DNA from: Nitrospira sp.
GTDB taxonomy: Bacteria; Nitrospirota; Nitrospiria; Nitrospirales; Nitrospiraceae
Assembly (NCBI GenBank): GCA_024330965.1
Contig: JANDJL010000003.1
Coordinates: 95,579 to 159,578, forward strand
Direction of reading: 5' to 3'
Length of the DNA stretch: 64,000 bases
The notes under the pieces are model-generated. The model saw nothing but the letters and a program-made list of their open reading frames with translations, searched no databases and had not been told where the DNA came from. Below are positions 50,425 to 60,021 of the stretch, piece by piece (within the stretch, counting starts at the first letter, position 1; each line of letters opens with the position of its first letter). Made by a program: the position numbers and the translations under genes.

Positions 50425-50742
50425 ATGGAACGGCGTCGACATCGGCGGGTGCGGGTTGGTCTCGCAGGCTTGTTGCGGGTCAACTCCCATGAAGTCAACG
50501 GTCGGACCATCGATCTTTCGCTTGGCGGCGCCAAGATCGAAAGCGCATTACCCGTCGATCCCGGCAAGTATGTGACGGTCACACTGATGATCCCGGGTGC
50601 GGCTCCCATCGTGATCGAGCAGGCGGAGATTCGTTGGGTTCGCGATCGGATGTTCGGTGTCCGGTTTCTTGAGATCCGGCAAGGCCAGCGGGACGATCTC
50701 GAACGGATGATCGATGAATATCTCGACGCCGATGAATCCTAA
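50425..50742 (+). CDS. stand-alone PilZ-domain protein
   Basis: From MERRRHRRVRV (RxxxR). Contains DLSLGG (DxSxxG). Confidence 0.75.
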   Translation: MERRRHRRVRVGLAGLLRVNSHEVNGRTIDLSLGGAKIESALPVDPGKYVTVTLMIPGAAPIVIEQAEIRWVRDRMFGVRFLEIRQGQRDDLERMIDEYLDADES

Positions 50743-50901
50743 ACGGTTCCGTTCGGTCCCATCTCGGACGAGATGCTTGAAGAAACCCATGTCATGTTCC
50801 TGCGGAGGATGATGGTCCACTCTTCTCGAAAACGCGGTCCGTTGAATCCCGTCCCATTCCAATCTGTTTTCACCGGAGGTGAGAACAGATACAATGGAGT
50901 C

Positions 50902-51987
50902 ATGCCGTCTTCGATGATGTTCTCCCAACGTGGGTGGGGCTCGCAGGTCATGTCGATCCTGGGACTGTTGCTGGCCGGATTGATGGCGAGCGTGTCGCCG
51001 GTTTCCGCTCAATCGTCACAACCTGCATCACAGCCTGAGTCGGACCGTGGCGCCTGGCGTTCGGCGGCGCCGATGCCAGCCAAACGGACGGAGGTGGCGG
51101 TTGCGGCGCTAGGCGAAAAGATCTACGTGGTCGGCGGGTTTGAAAAGCCGAGCCTCGGCAACGTGATGAGTCTGTCGATCACGTCGTCGGTCGAGGTCTA
51201 TGATCCGGTCATCGACCGATGGACCTCCACAGCTCCCTTGCCCGTCGGGCTGCACCACGTCGGCATCGGTGTGGCGGGCGGGCGCTTGTACGTCATCGGC
51301 GGCTATGCCCGATCCGGCATCAATATCTGGAGCCCGGTGGCAACGGTCTATGCCTATGATCCGGTGACCGATCGGTGGACCGAGCGGGCTCCAATGCCGA
51401 CCGCTCGCGGTGCTCTTGCCGTCGCGGAGTACGGAGGGAAACTCTACGCCATCGGCGGGTTTGATCGGAAGGCCAACGTTGCGCAGGTTGAAGTTTACGA
51501 TCCTACGCTTGACAGATGGGAGACTCGATCGCCGCTGCCGACCCCGCGCGATCATCTGGCGACTGCGACAGTCGATGGAAAAATTTACGCAATAGGCGGG
51601 CGAGTCAACGGCGATTATGGGCACAATCTGGCGGCGGTCGAAATGTACGATCCCGCAGTCGATCGCTGGACCAGAGTGGCGGACCTTCCGACGGCACGCA
51701 GCGGCATCACCGCTTCGGTACTCAATGGGATGATCTACGTGTTCGGCGGAGAAGGGTCGTCCGGAACATTTCGCCAGAATGAAGCGTATGATCCAAGGCG
51801 TAATTCCTGGCGGCCGATGGCGCCGATGCCGACCGCCCGTCACGGACTGGGATCGGCGGCGGTCGAGGGGCGCATCTACGTCATCGGCGGCGGGCCCACG
51901 CCTGGAGGCTCGTTCAGCGATGTGAACGACGTGTTTATCCCATCGTCAGACGCTGGCTCGAAACCTGCCGATCCGAAATCTGATTGA
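50902..51987 (+). CDS. secreted Kelch-repeat beta-propeller protein
   Basis: Six repeats of the type G.IYV.GG...........VE.YDP..D.W....P.P..R. Signal peptide is MSILGLLLAGLMASVSPVSA. The start is uncertain (50773, 50902 or 50950). Confidence 0.85.
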   Translation: MPSSMMFSQRGWGSQVMSILGLLLAGLMASVSPVSAQSSQPASQPESDRGAWRSAAPMPAKRTEVAVAALGEKIYVVGGFEKPSLGNVMSLSITSSVEVYDPVIDRWTSTAPLPVGLHHVGIGVAGGRLYVIGGYARSGINIWSPVATVYAYDPVTDRWTERAPMPTARGALAVAEYGGKLYAIGGFDRKANVAQVEVYDPTLDRWETRSPLPTPRDHLATATVDGKIYAIGGRVNGDYGHNLAAVEMYDPAVDRWTRVADLPTARSGITASVLNGMIYVFGGEGSSGTFRQNEAYDPRRNSWRPMAPMPTARHGLGSAAVEGRIYVIGGGPTPGGSFSDVNDVFIPSSDAGSKPADPKSD

Positions 51988-52493
51988 ACGTTCCCTCGGT
52001 TTCTCCCGGCATTGAGCCCTGCAGGCCCGTCGTCCAGGTGAGTCACGTATCGGCTCCGGTGCGGTATCGTCTTGCTGATACCTTCGAAAAGTGAGGTCGC
52101 TTGACTCTCTCACACATGAGGTCTATGGTATTTCCGTGGGAGGAGTGAACGCCCCGAGGGAATGTGGATCATGAGGGGGTCGAGCGCCGAGGATGGTGTG
52201 CAGGCCCGGCTTGGACCGGGAAGCCTAAAGTCCTCCCAAGATCTCCGTCGTACCTAATCGTCCTCGGTTAGGTGCGTGCTCCTCCCACCCAAAAATGCCG
52301 GCCAGCGTTCCCGCGCCGAAGCTGCTCGCCTCTTTTGTTCTCCGCGAATCGAGACATATTCCTGCCTTGAAGAAAAAGAGGAAGGACGTTTGTCTCGACC
52401 GAGCGCTGGTCCTCCAGCAAGGGGTGCGGTTGTCTTGAGTCGGCCAAGGATTTTGTGATACCAACGGGCCCGCATCATATCTGGTGAGGTTGA

Positions 52494-54605
52494 ATGACGA
52501 CGAAAAGAGAATCTGTAGCGGTGACTCGGCTGATCCCTGCCGTTGCTCAGTCAGCTCCCGATCCTGCCGCTCGAAGGAAACCCTCATCGAATCCGGTCGA
52601 ACGGGTGACCGCCGTCGAAATGGGCGCGCGTCAGCGGGAAATTTCCGTGTCGGAATTCTTTACAAAGAACCGGCACCTGCTCGGTTTCGACAATCCGCGC
52701 AAGGCCTTGTTGACCTGCGTGAAGGAAGCAGTCGATAACGCACTCGATGCCTGTGAGGAGGCCGGCATCCTCCCCGATGTGACGGTGCGGTTGGAAGTGG
52801 TGCCGATTGATGGAGTCACTGCGCCGGCCACTCAGGCGACACGGTTTCGTCTGACGGTGACGGACAACGGGCCTGGTATCGTGCGCCAACAGATTCCTCG
52901 CATTTTCGCCAAGCTATTGTACGGCTCGAAATTTCATCGGTTGCGCATGAGCCGAGGGCAGCAAGGCATCGGGATTTCCGCCGCCGGCATGTATGCTCAA
53001 TTGACGACCGGGAAGCCGGTGAGGATCATTTCGCGTACCGGCCCTCGTGCCGCCGCCCATTTTTTCGAAGTGCAAATCGACACTAAGAAGAACGAGCCGT
53101 TGGTGCATGAAAGCAAGCAGATCGATTGGGATCAGCCGCAGGGGACTCAGGTCACGTTGGAAGTCGAAGGCCGCTATCAAAAGGGCCGGGCGTCGGTGGA
53201 TGAGTGGCTGGAGCAAACGTCCATCGCCAATCCCCATGCCAGACTGATTTATCACACGCCGGAAGGCGAGACGAAGGAATACGTCAGAGCCTATCACGAA
53301 ATGCCGCCTTCGCCGCGGGAGATCAAGCCGCATCCCTATGGCATCGAGTTCGGCATGTTCCTGAAGATGTTGCAGGACACGAAGAGCCATACGGTGGCGG
53401 GCTTTTTGGCGAGTGACTTTTGCCGAATCTCGCCGTCGTTGGCCGACGAGATGTGCAAAGCGGCCAAGGTCACGCCAGCAATGAAGCCGCGGGACTTGAA
53501 AGGCTCCGCCGCGGAAACGTTGTATCGGACGATTCAACACACGAAGATTATGGCCCCGCCGACTAACTGCCTGTCACCGATCGGCGAAAAGGCAATCCTC
53601 TCCGGCCTCTACAAACAGATCAAGGGCGAGTTCTATACGGCGGTGACGAGACCGCCGGCCGTCTATCGCGGCAATCCGTTTGTGATCGAAGCAGGGCTCG
53701 CCTATGGCCGGCGGTCCGACGAACAGAACAAGCCAGAGAAACCGATCGCTCCAAAAGCCGAAGGAGAACATGAGGAAGACGACGTAGAGCTGGCGCGGGT
53801 GATCCGCTACGCCAATCGCGTGCCGCTCCTCTATCAACAATCGGCCTGCGCGACCTTCAAGGCTGTGCTCGGTCTTTCTTGGAAGAACTACGGAGTGGCG
53901 CAGTCGCGCGGCGCCTTGCCGGCCGGTCCGATGGTGATCTTCGTCCACATGGCGTCGGTGTGGGTGCCGTTTACCAGCGAATCGAAAGAAGCGATCGCCG
54001 ACTATGACGAAATCCACAAGGAAATCACCTTGGCGTTACGAGAGTGTGGGAGGCGGTTGGGACTGTACCTGCGCCGCCGCGAACGGGCCGCAAGCGAGTA
54101 TCGACGCCGGAACATTTTCGAATTGTACATTGAGGAAGTCGTCGAGGCGTGCAATCGCCTGAAGGGCGGCAAAGTGCCGAAAGAGAAACTCAAGAAACAG
54201 TTGCAGCACATCGCTCTGTCTCGCACCGGCGGCACCAAGACCGACGAGGTGCTGGGGAAAACCGGAGGAGGGCCGGAAGGGCTGCCCCATTCCATTATCG
54301 TTACGGAATCTGGCGTGGAAAGCGAAGTCAGCGTCGCTTCCGAGTCGGGACCGGAGCAAGCGAGTGAGGCATCTGAAACAAGGGCGGGGCATCGTGACGA
54401 AGCCGCCGGTGGCGGGTCGCCGTCTGAATCCAAGTCCGGCGGGTCGAAACACCTCAACAGAGGACAGTCGCCCGGAAAGCCAACTGCGAAGGGAAGCCGG
54501 ACGGGGCTCTTTGGCGGCTGGACGGACGGGAAGGACAAGGCCGATCAAGCGTTGTCCTGGTCGGCTAAACGGGCGGCTCATGCGCGCCGAGGGACGACAG
54601 CATGA
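52494..54605 (+). CDS. top6B: DNA topoisomerase VI subunit B (GHKL ATPase + transducer) with a long low-complexity C-terminal tail
   Basis: GGTGAGG SD. Contains SVSEFFTKNRHLLGFDNP, the N-box EAVDNALDACEE, G1 TVTDNGPGI, G2 SRGQQGIGISAA and the transducer region RYANRVPLLY. The tail is 54225-54602. Confidence 0.92.
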   Translation: MTTKRESVAVTRLIPAVAQSAPDPAARRKPSSNPVERVTAVEMGARQREISVSEFFTKNRHLLGFDNPRKALLTCVKEAVDNALDACEEAGILPDVTVRLEVVPIDGVTAPATQATRFRLTVTDNGPGIVRQQIPRIFAKLLYGSKFHRLRMSRGQQGIGISAAGMYAQLTTGKPVRIISRTGPRAAAHFFEVQIDTKKNEPLVHESKQIDWDQPQGTQVTLEVEGRYQKGRASVDEWLEQTSIANPHARLIYHTPEGETKEYVRAYHEMPPSPREIKPHPYGIEFGMFLKMLQDTKSHTVAGFLASDFCRISPSLADEMCKAAKVTPAMKPRDLKGSAAETLYRTIQHTKIMAPPTNCLSPIGEKAILSGLYKQIKGEFYTAVTRPPAVYRGNPFVIEAGLAYGRRSDEQNKPEKPIAPKAEGEHEEDDVELARVIRYANRVPLLYQQSACATFKAVLGLSWKNYGVAQSRGALPAGPMVIFVHMASVWVPFTSESKEAIADYDEIHKEITLALRECGRRLGLYLRRRERAASEYRRRNIFELYIEEVVEACNRLKGGKVPKEKLKKQLQHIALSRTGGTKTDEVLGKTGGGPEGLPHSIIVTESGVESEVSVASESGPEQASEASETRAGHRDEAAGGGSPSESKSGGSKHLNRGQSPGKPTAKGSRTGLFGGWTDGKDKADQALSWSAKRAAHARRGTTA

Positions 54606-55705
54606 CCACGAAGGCGAAGAAACCCACCCCCGTCGAAAAGAAACTGGTCGGCCTGGCCGACCTCGTGATCCAAGCGGCCGAGCGGTCGAAAGATCCGACG
54701 CTCCAGATTCCGATCCGCGCCCTTTCCAATGTCTCGTTCAATGAGCGGAAGGGGATGATCGAGATGGGCGAGAAGAAACAGGCCCGCTCGTTCTTCAACG
54801 TCGGGATGGCCAAGAAGTTCATGCAGACGATGTTGGTGGCGGACGCCCTGGCGGAGCTACAGCGGGCCGAGCTGACGACGTCGCTTCGCGAAATTTACTA
54901 TCGAACCAAACATACGATCAAAGACTCTCATGAGAACACGTTCGACACACAGGACGAGTCCGATCCGATCATCGAAGATTTGGAGGTTTCCCTCGCAGCG
55001 CTTCGGGAAGAACTCCATGTCCGCGCGGAGAATGCCGGGAGCATTGTCGGACCGGTCGTCTTCGGTGACGACGGTGACCGCGTGGACTGCTCGAAACTGG
55101 GCAAGGGCGGCTATTCCGTTCCTTCGATCGTGGAGCCGGAGTATCTGGAGATCCGTCGATGCACGGCGGATTTCGTGCTGTTGGTCGAGAAGGGAACACA
55201 GTGGAACCGGCTGTCGGAGGACAAGTTCTGGCGACGATACAACTGCATCCTGCTCACTGGCAATGGCCAACCGCCGCGCGGCGTGCGCCGATTGGCGCGA
55301 CGGCTGCATGAGGAATGGAGACTTCCGATTTACGTGTTGGTGGACAACGATCCGTGGGGTTACTACATTTATTCCGTGGTTAAACAGGGGTCGATCAATT
55401 TGGCGTTCGAGAGTCAGCGGATGGCGATTCCCAAGGCGAAGTTTATCGGTCTTTCAAGCGCTGACCCTGAACGGTATGGCCTGCCGCGCAACGTTGGTAT
55501 CAAGCTCAACGATAAGGACATGGCACGGGCGAAGGAACTGATGAATTATCAATGGTTCAAAAAGCCGGCCTGGCAGGCGGAGATTAAACGGATGTTGACA
55601 AGCGGATTGAAGTACGAACTTGATGCCTTGGCGAACAAAGACTTCCAGTACCTGACCAAACAGTACCTGCCGCGAAAATTGCGAGAACGAGATTGGCTTG
55701 ATTAA
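54602..55705 (+). CDS. top6A: DNA topoisomerase VI subunit A (Spo11-type)
   Basis: ATGA overlap with top6B. Contains the catalytic-Tyr context SLREIYYRTK and Toprim motifs VLLVEKG and VDNDPWGYYI. Confidence 0.92.
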   Translation: MTTKAKKPTPVEKKLVGLADLVIQAAERSKDPTLQIPIRALSNVSFNERKGMIEMGEKKQARSFFNVGMAKKFMQTMLVADALAELQRAELTTSLREIYYRTKHTIKDSHENTFDTQDESDPIIEDLEVSLAALREELHVRAENAGSIVGPVVFGDDGDRVDCSKLGKGGYSVPSIVEPEYLEIRRCTADFVLLVEKGTQWNRLSEDKFWRRYNCILLTGNGQPPRGVRRLARRLHEEWRLPIYVLVDNDPWGYYIYSVVKQGSINLAFESQRMAIPKAKFIGLSSADPERYGLPRNVGIKLNDKDMARAKELMNYQWFKKPAWQAEIKRMLTSGLKYELDALANKDFQYLTKQYLPRKLRERDWLD

Positions 55706-55741
55706 CCCTCGCTCCTGTCACCTCGACGCGCCCTATCGGCT

Positions 55742-57301
55742 ATGAGAATCCTGCCGGCTTGGAATTCGCCGCTTCGCGATTGGCAGCGCCGTGCGTGTGA
55801 GACTGTTCGAACTCATCAGAAGACCGACTTTTTGGCCACGGCGACGCCCGCTGCGGGGAAAACACGGTTCGCGCTGCGCGTGGCCCACGAGTTTTTGAAA
55901 ACCGGACGAGCGCTTCGCTTGCTGGTGGTGTGCCCCACCAGCCACCTGCGCAGACAATGGGCTGATGCCGCGGGGGCAGTCGGGTTGCAGCTCGATCCGG
56001 CCCTGACCAACGAGCGGGCATGGGAGGCTTCGGACTATCACGGCGCTGCGGTGACCTATCAACACGTGTGCTCTTCGCCGGAAACGGTGCGGCGCGGCTG
56101 TCTTGCCAAACCGACGTTAGTGATTTTGGATGAGCTGCACCATGCCGGGGATGGGAAACAGTGGGGCAGGGCGCTCAAAACGGCGCTTGAGCCGGCGGTG
56201 TTTCGCCTGATCTTGTCCGGTACGCCTTTTCGCTCCGACAACGATGCCATTCCCTTTGTCCGGTACGTGCAAGGCGAAAGCCAGCCGGACTTTTCCTATG
56301 GATACAGTGAGGCACTGTGCGACGGCGTCTGCCGGCCGATCCTGTTTCCCAGTTACGAGGGCGAATTGACCTGGGTGTCAAAAGGCCGCGAGCATACGGC
56401 TACGTTCGAAGACGGTTTGCCGATCGACCGTCGGCGGGAACGGTTGAAAACAGCGTTGCTGCAAGAGTCATGGCTCGGTTCGGTGATCGCGGATGCGCAT
56501 GAGCAACTTGTTCGCGTGCGGCGGGAAGAGCAGCCCGACGCCGGAGGGCTCATTGTCACCATGGATCAAGACCATGCTCGCTGGGTGACTGATCTGGTCG
56601 GCCGTGTCACGGGAGGCAGGGCCGCGGTGGCCGTCTCGGACGACCCGCAAGCATCCGGCGTTATCGACACGTTTGCTGGCGATAGGAGGCAACAGTGGTT
56701 GGTGGCCGTCAACATGGTCAGTGAGGGAGTGGACATTCCTCGTTTGCGCGTCGGGGTTTATGGCACCAACGTCTTGACAGAGATGTATTTCAGGCAGGTG
56801 GTCGGACGTTTCGTGCGCATGCAGGACCATGTGCCGAAGCCACAGCGGGCGTGGCTGTATCTGCCTAAAGATCCGATCTTGGCCCATTATGCCTGGCGGA
56901 TTAAAGAGGAGCGCGATCACGTGCTGGAAGACATCCCATTGGCGGGACAACGGGATCTCTTTGGCCGTGTCACCGTTTCGACGAATGAATACCGGCCGTT
57001 GATGGCCGTGGCTCGCATGGATAAGGTAATTGGAGAAGAAGACGTTGAGCGATCCAGCCGCTCGGCGATTGCGGTGGCGCAGCCGGTCGCGCTGCACGAA
57101 CTCAAGCAAGAGCTGCGGGATCTCCACCGGCTGCTTGTTGCTGCGGTCGCGAGACTGAGTGGCGTGGATCACCGGCGCCTCAACGCAGAGTTGATCGCAC
57201 GGACCGGGAGCCGTATCGATCAGGCGACCGTCGAGCAGCTCCGCAAACGGATTCGACTCCTCGAACAGTGGCGAGACCATGGATATGATGGGAAGCGATA
57301 A
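55742..57301 (+). CDS. superfamily-2 helicase (ResIII/DEAH + Helicase_C)
   Basis: Contains LRDWQ (Q-like), Walker A TPAAGKT, motif II ILDELHH, motif III SGTPFRSD, motif V SEGVDIP and motif VI QVVGRFVR. The C-terminal ~120 aa could not be assigned. Confidence 0.85.
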   Translation: MRILPAWNSPLRDWQRRACETVRTHQKTDFLATATPAAGKTRFALRVAHEFLKTGRALRLLVVCPTSHLRRQWADAAGAVGLQLDPALTNERAWEASDYHGAAVTYQHVCSSPETVRRGCLAKPTLVILDELHHAGDGKQWGRALKTALEPAVFRLILSGTPFRSDNDAIPFVRYVQGESQPDFSYGYSEALCDGVCRPILFPSYEGELTWVSKGREHTATFEDGLPIDRRRERLKTALLQESWLGSVIADAHEQLVRVRREEQPDAGGLIVTMDQDHARWVTDLVGRVTGGRAAVAVSDDPQASGVIDTFAGDRRQQWLVAVNMVSEGVDIPRLRVGVYGTNVLTEMYFRQVVGRFVRMQDHVPKPQRAWLYLPKDPILAHYAWRIKEERDHVLEDIPLAGQRDLFGRVTVSTNEYRPLMAVARMDKVIGEEDVERSSRSAIAVAQPVALHELKQELRDLHRLLVAAVARLSGVDHRRLNAELIARTGSRIDQATVEQLRKRIRLLEQWRDHGYDGKR

Positions 57302-57407
57302 GGCACGATTCTCACCTCCTCCCGGCTGGTGTAGGCCGGCCGGCGTCCTGTGTCACGGTGCGAACATTTGCCGAAAAGTCATGAGCAAAGGCTTTTTGTG
57401 AAGGTGA

Positions 57408-57433
57408 GACGAGGGCGGAACACCGCCCTCGTC
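57408..57433. terminator. perfect 11-bp stem / 4-nt loop hairpin between convergent genes
   Basis: GACGAGGGCGG-AACA-CCGCCCTCGTC. There is no clear U-tract on either strand, so its terminator function is tentative. Confidence 0.5.
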
Positions 57434-57480
57434 AATCTTGAGGGGAATCAACGAGCACGTGACGGAAGCCCATGTGCCGG

Positions 57481-58950
57481 CTATTCGTCGTCCTCGGTGT
57501 CCTTGTCGTCGTCATGATCGAGATCAGTGGATGGTCCACGATCGCGAGTTCGTTGATGGGCGGCCGGTCGCACGTAGTCGCCGAGGTCGCTTGCGGAGAC
57601 CCTGTAGGCGTGCAGCACGCCGGGCAGCGGTTTGTAGCTGCCGTCGGTCGGAAGATCAAATATGTTATTGATCACGCCGTCTGCGGCGTCAGCCGTCGTG
57701 AAACAGCCGGTCGTGTGACCGAGCGGACATTGGATGGAACTTGCGTAGGGATCGGCATCACTGACTCGAACATACACGTCGAACTGTTGGCCGCTAGCGT
57801 TCTGCGTCACACTGTAGTCATTGTCTGTCCCGACGACCAAGACATAACTTCCGTCTTTGAGGCGAGGACCGATGGCCAACCCTTCCCACTTTTCGGGGAC
57901 CTTGTGGCCAAGCTCCGGCAGGGTGTCAGTGGTGAGGTCCAGGAACGGAACCGGCTGTTTTGTGACTTTTCCGGATGGGCAGGCTGAAACGGGGAAAGGA
58001 GGAGCAGGAGGACTATAATCCGTCGCACCGGTCAGATCGATGCGGAACAGTTTCTTGTTGGGCGGCGAAAGTGTGGCGCCGACGCCGATGCCTCGGTTGT
58101 TCCGTTCAAGGACGAGGAACTCATGGTCGTTGAGGGCTAACAAGCCCGATACGCCTCGGCCTTGGCTGGATCCTTCCAGTTGATAGGCGTACTGTGCGAC
58201 TGCGGTTCCGGTGGCCGTGCTGAACTTCACGAGGCGAAGGCACAGGCCATTGCTTCCTCCTTCATCTAACATGGCACTTTGCAACATAGCGTAGACATAG
58301 GCCCCCTCTGGACTGATGGCCAGTGCTTCAAATCCTCGGTTTGCTCGTTTCCCGGCCGTGTTGCCGGTGTCGCTGGCGAAGTTGGGCATTCCGGCTGCGT
58401 TGCGGGGAATGAGATTGGTTGGGACGGCGAACGAGCGGACCCGGCGACCCTTGCGGTCGAACTCATAGAGGGAGGGGCCATATTCATCTGATACGTAGAA
58501 ATGGCCGGTCCGGGGATCGACGACGAACCCTTCCGGATCAAAGGCGTTACCCAATACGTTTGGAGGATTGGGCGCTAAGCCGTTCAACGGGTTTCCAAAC
58601 TCGTCTGTGAAGAGGATGGTTTTGAGAATTTTGAACCCGCTGATCGTGCCAGTTTTCTTGTCAACCTTTAAGCGGAACTGCTGGACCCGGGTTTGATAAT
58701 CGAGTGAACCACCACCGGGACCTCGGTCGGAGAGGCCGTACCATTGGTTGCGTTTCGCGTCATAGTAGAGGTCCGAGAAATACCCAAGCCTGCCGTTATT
58801 GGCGTCGCTGCCGCCGCTTCGATCCAGCATCGCGCCATCTAATGCCAGGCCGTTGACGAACTCCGGCGCCGCCGATGTGCCGGACACTATTGCGGCACTG
58901 AGCAGACCCGCTGTCATTCCTATCACCATCATCCGTCGCCACACGTTCAT
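57481..58950 (-). CDS. secreted 'esterase-like activity of phytase' family protein
   Basis: The ATG at 58950 follows GGAGGGTAGG. It has a signal peptide (MNVWRRMMVIGMTAGLLSAAIVSGTSAAP), GYFSDLYYD...WYGLSDRGPGGG typical of the phytase-like esterase family, and an acidic tail DDDKDTEDDE. Confidence 0.8.
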   Translation of the reverse strand: MNVWRRMMVIGMTAGLLSAAIVSGTSAAPEFVNGLALDGAMLDRSGGSDANNGRLGYFSDLYYDAKRNQWYGLSDRGPGGGSLDYQTRVQQFRLKVDKKTGTISGFKILKTILFTDEFGNPLNGLAPNPPNVLGNAFDPEGFVVDPRTGHFYVSDEYGPSLYEFDRKGRRVRSFAVPTNLIPRNAAGMPNFASDTGNTAGKRANRGFEALAISPEGAYVYAMLQSAMLDEGGSNGLCLRLVKFSTATGTAVAQYAYQLEGSSQGRGVSGLLALNDHEFLVLERNNRGIGVGATLSPPNKKLFRIDLTGATDYSPPAPPFPVSACPSGKVTKQPVPFLDLTTDTLPELGHKVPEKWEGLAIGPRLKDGSYVLVVGTDNDYSVTQNASGQQFDVYVRVSDADPYASSIQCPLGHTTGCFTTADAADGVINNIFDLPTDGSYKPLPGVLHAYRVSASDLGDYVRPAAHQRTRDRGPSTDLDHDDDKDTEDDE

Positions 58951-59181
58951 CCTACCCTCCAATCGTTGAGAAAGAGTGAGACATCGTCTGCAAAGCTCCC
59001 CAGGTGGCATCTCTGTCGCCTCCCTAAGCATCGGGAGGAAAGGTCCGCGAGAACGAAAGAGAGAAACACCTCACCTCACCGTAAACAGCGGCCGTTACTG
59101 TTGCGTCAGCAAAGAATGAAAGGGCGATTACAAGAACGGGACATTGAGACAGGGGGGCCAAGACAGCCGGCGTAACAAGTC

Positions 59182-59493
59182 TCAGTCTTGACTACGGCTC
59201 ATTGCGGCTTTCTTCTCTCGCAGGTATTTGTCGAACACGAACGGGCCGAAGGGAAGGACAGAGGCAAGGAAGGCCTGGAGGCAAAACCTCTTATCCCATT
59301 GATACATTGTGCGGAGTTTGGCGAGCCTTGCAACATAGAGCAGGAACAGCACCCCATGGATTGATCCGACGATTCTCACGGCAAGCGGCATCCCCATCAG
59401 ATACTTCATCGGCATGGCAACAAACAACAGGATGAGAAACGATGTTCCCTCGGCGAAGGCGATGAGTCTAAAGGAGTGAAGGGGATTCATCAT
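59182..59493 (-). CDS. DUF3817-family small membrane protein
   Basis: 103-aa ORF containing FRLIAFAEGTSFLILLFVAMPMKY...HG.LF..Y. Confidence 0.7.
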   Translation of the reverse strand: MMNPLHSFRLIAFAEGTSFLILLFVAMPMKYLMGMPLAVRIVGSIHGVLFLLYVARLAKLRTMYQWDKRFCLQAFLASVLPFGPFVFDKYLREKKAAMSRSQD

Positions 59494-59749
59494 GGACCGG
59501 CCGTGTTTGTGTGGTGTTCGTCAGAACAAAACGGGCGGTATTGTTGCGGACCAGTACAGGGGCTGTCAATCCAGGGGCACGAGACAACCAGGGGCACGAG
59601 ACGGGGGCATGAGCCATTGGTGCCTGGGTAGAGGGGATGAAGGGGCTCATTCCGATCTCCTTGCGACATCCTTGTCGCTTGCAGCGGCTTTTAAGCGGGT
59701 GCTAAGATTTCGATGTTCCGTCGAGTCGATGACCTGTTGAGGATGAACG

Positions 59750-60016
59750 ATGCCCAACGTCACCTTGCTTGTCTCATCCAGTTGCGGTGCCTGCCCATCT
59801 GCCAAGAGTTTGTGGAAACAGTTGCGCACGAAATACAGTTTTTCTTACCGTGAAGTCGATATTGCGACCAAAGATGGGCAGGAGTTAGCGGAACGGCACG
59901 CGGTTCGGGCGGTTCCTGCCACCATCCTCGATGGCCGATTGACGTTCATCGGCGTGCCGAGCCGAGAAAGTGCGGAAAAGGCTCTTCAGTTGAAACTGAA
60001 GCAACGGGAAGGGTGA
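59750..60016 (+). CDS. thioredoxin-fold (glutaredoxin-like) protein
   Basis: 88-aa ORF with a CGAC redox motif near the N-terminus and a cis-Pro context AVPATI. Confidence 0.75.
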   Translation: MPNVTLLVSSSCGACPSAKSLWKQLRTKYSFSYREVDIATKDGQELAERHAVRAVPATILDGRLTFIGVPSRESAEKALQLKLKQREG

Positions 60017-60021
60017 TCCCC

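Noticed and set aside
51988-52493. RNase P RNA, tmRNA, SRP RNA, 6S RNA or a cobalamin/TPP/SAM riboswitch in the long gap before top6B.
   Set aside because: I looked on both strands for the hallmark strings: GAGGAAAGUCCGGGC and ACAGAACCCGGCUUA for RNase P, a tag ORF plus a tRNA-like 3' end for tmRNA, the GGAAGCAGCC-type SRP domain IV, and the B12 box. None was found. The region is kept only as an unclassified structured region.
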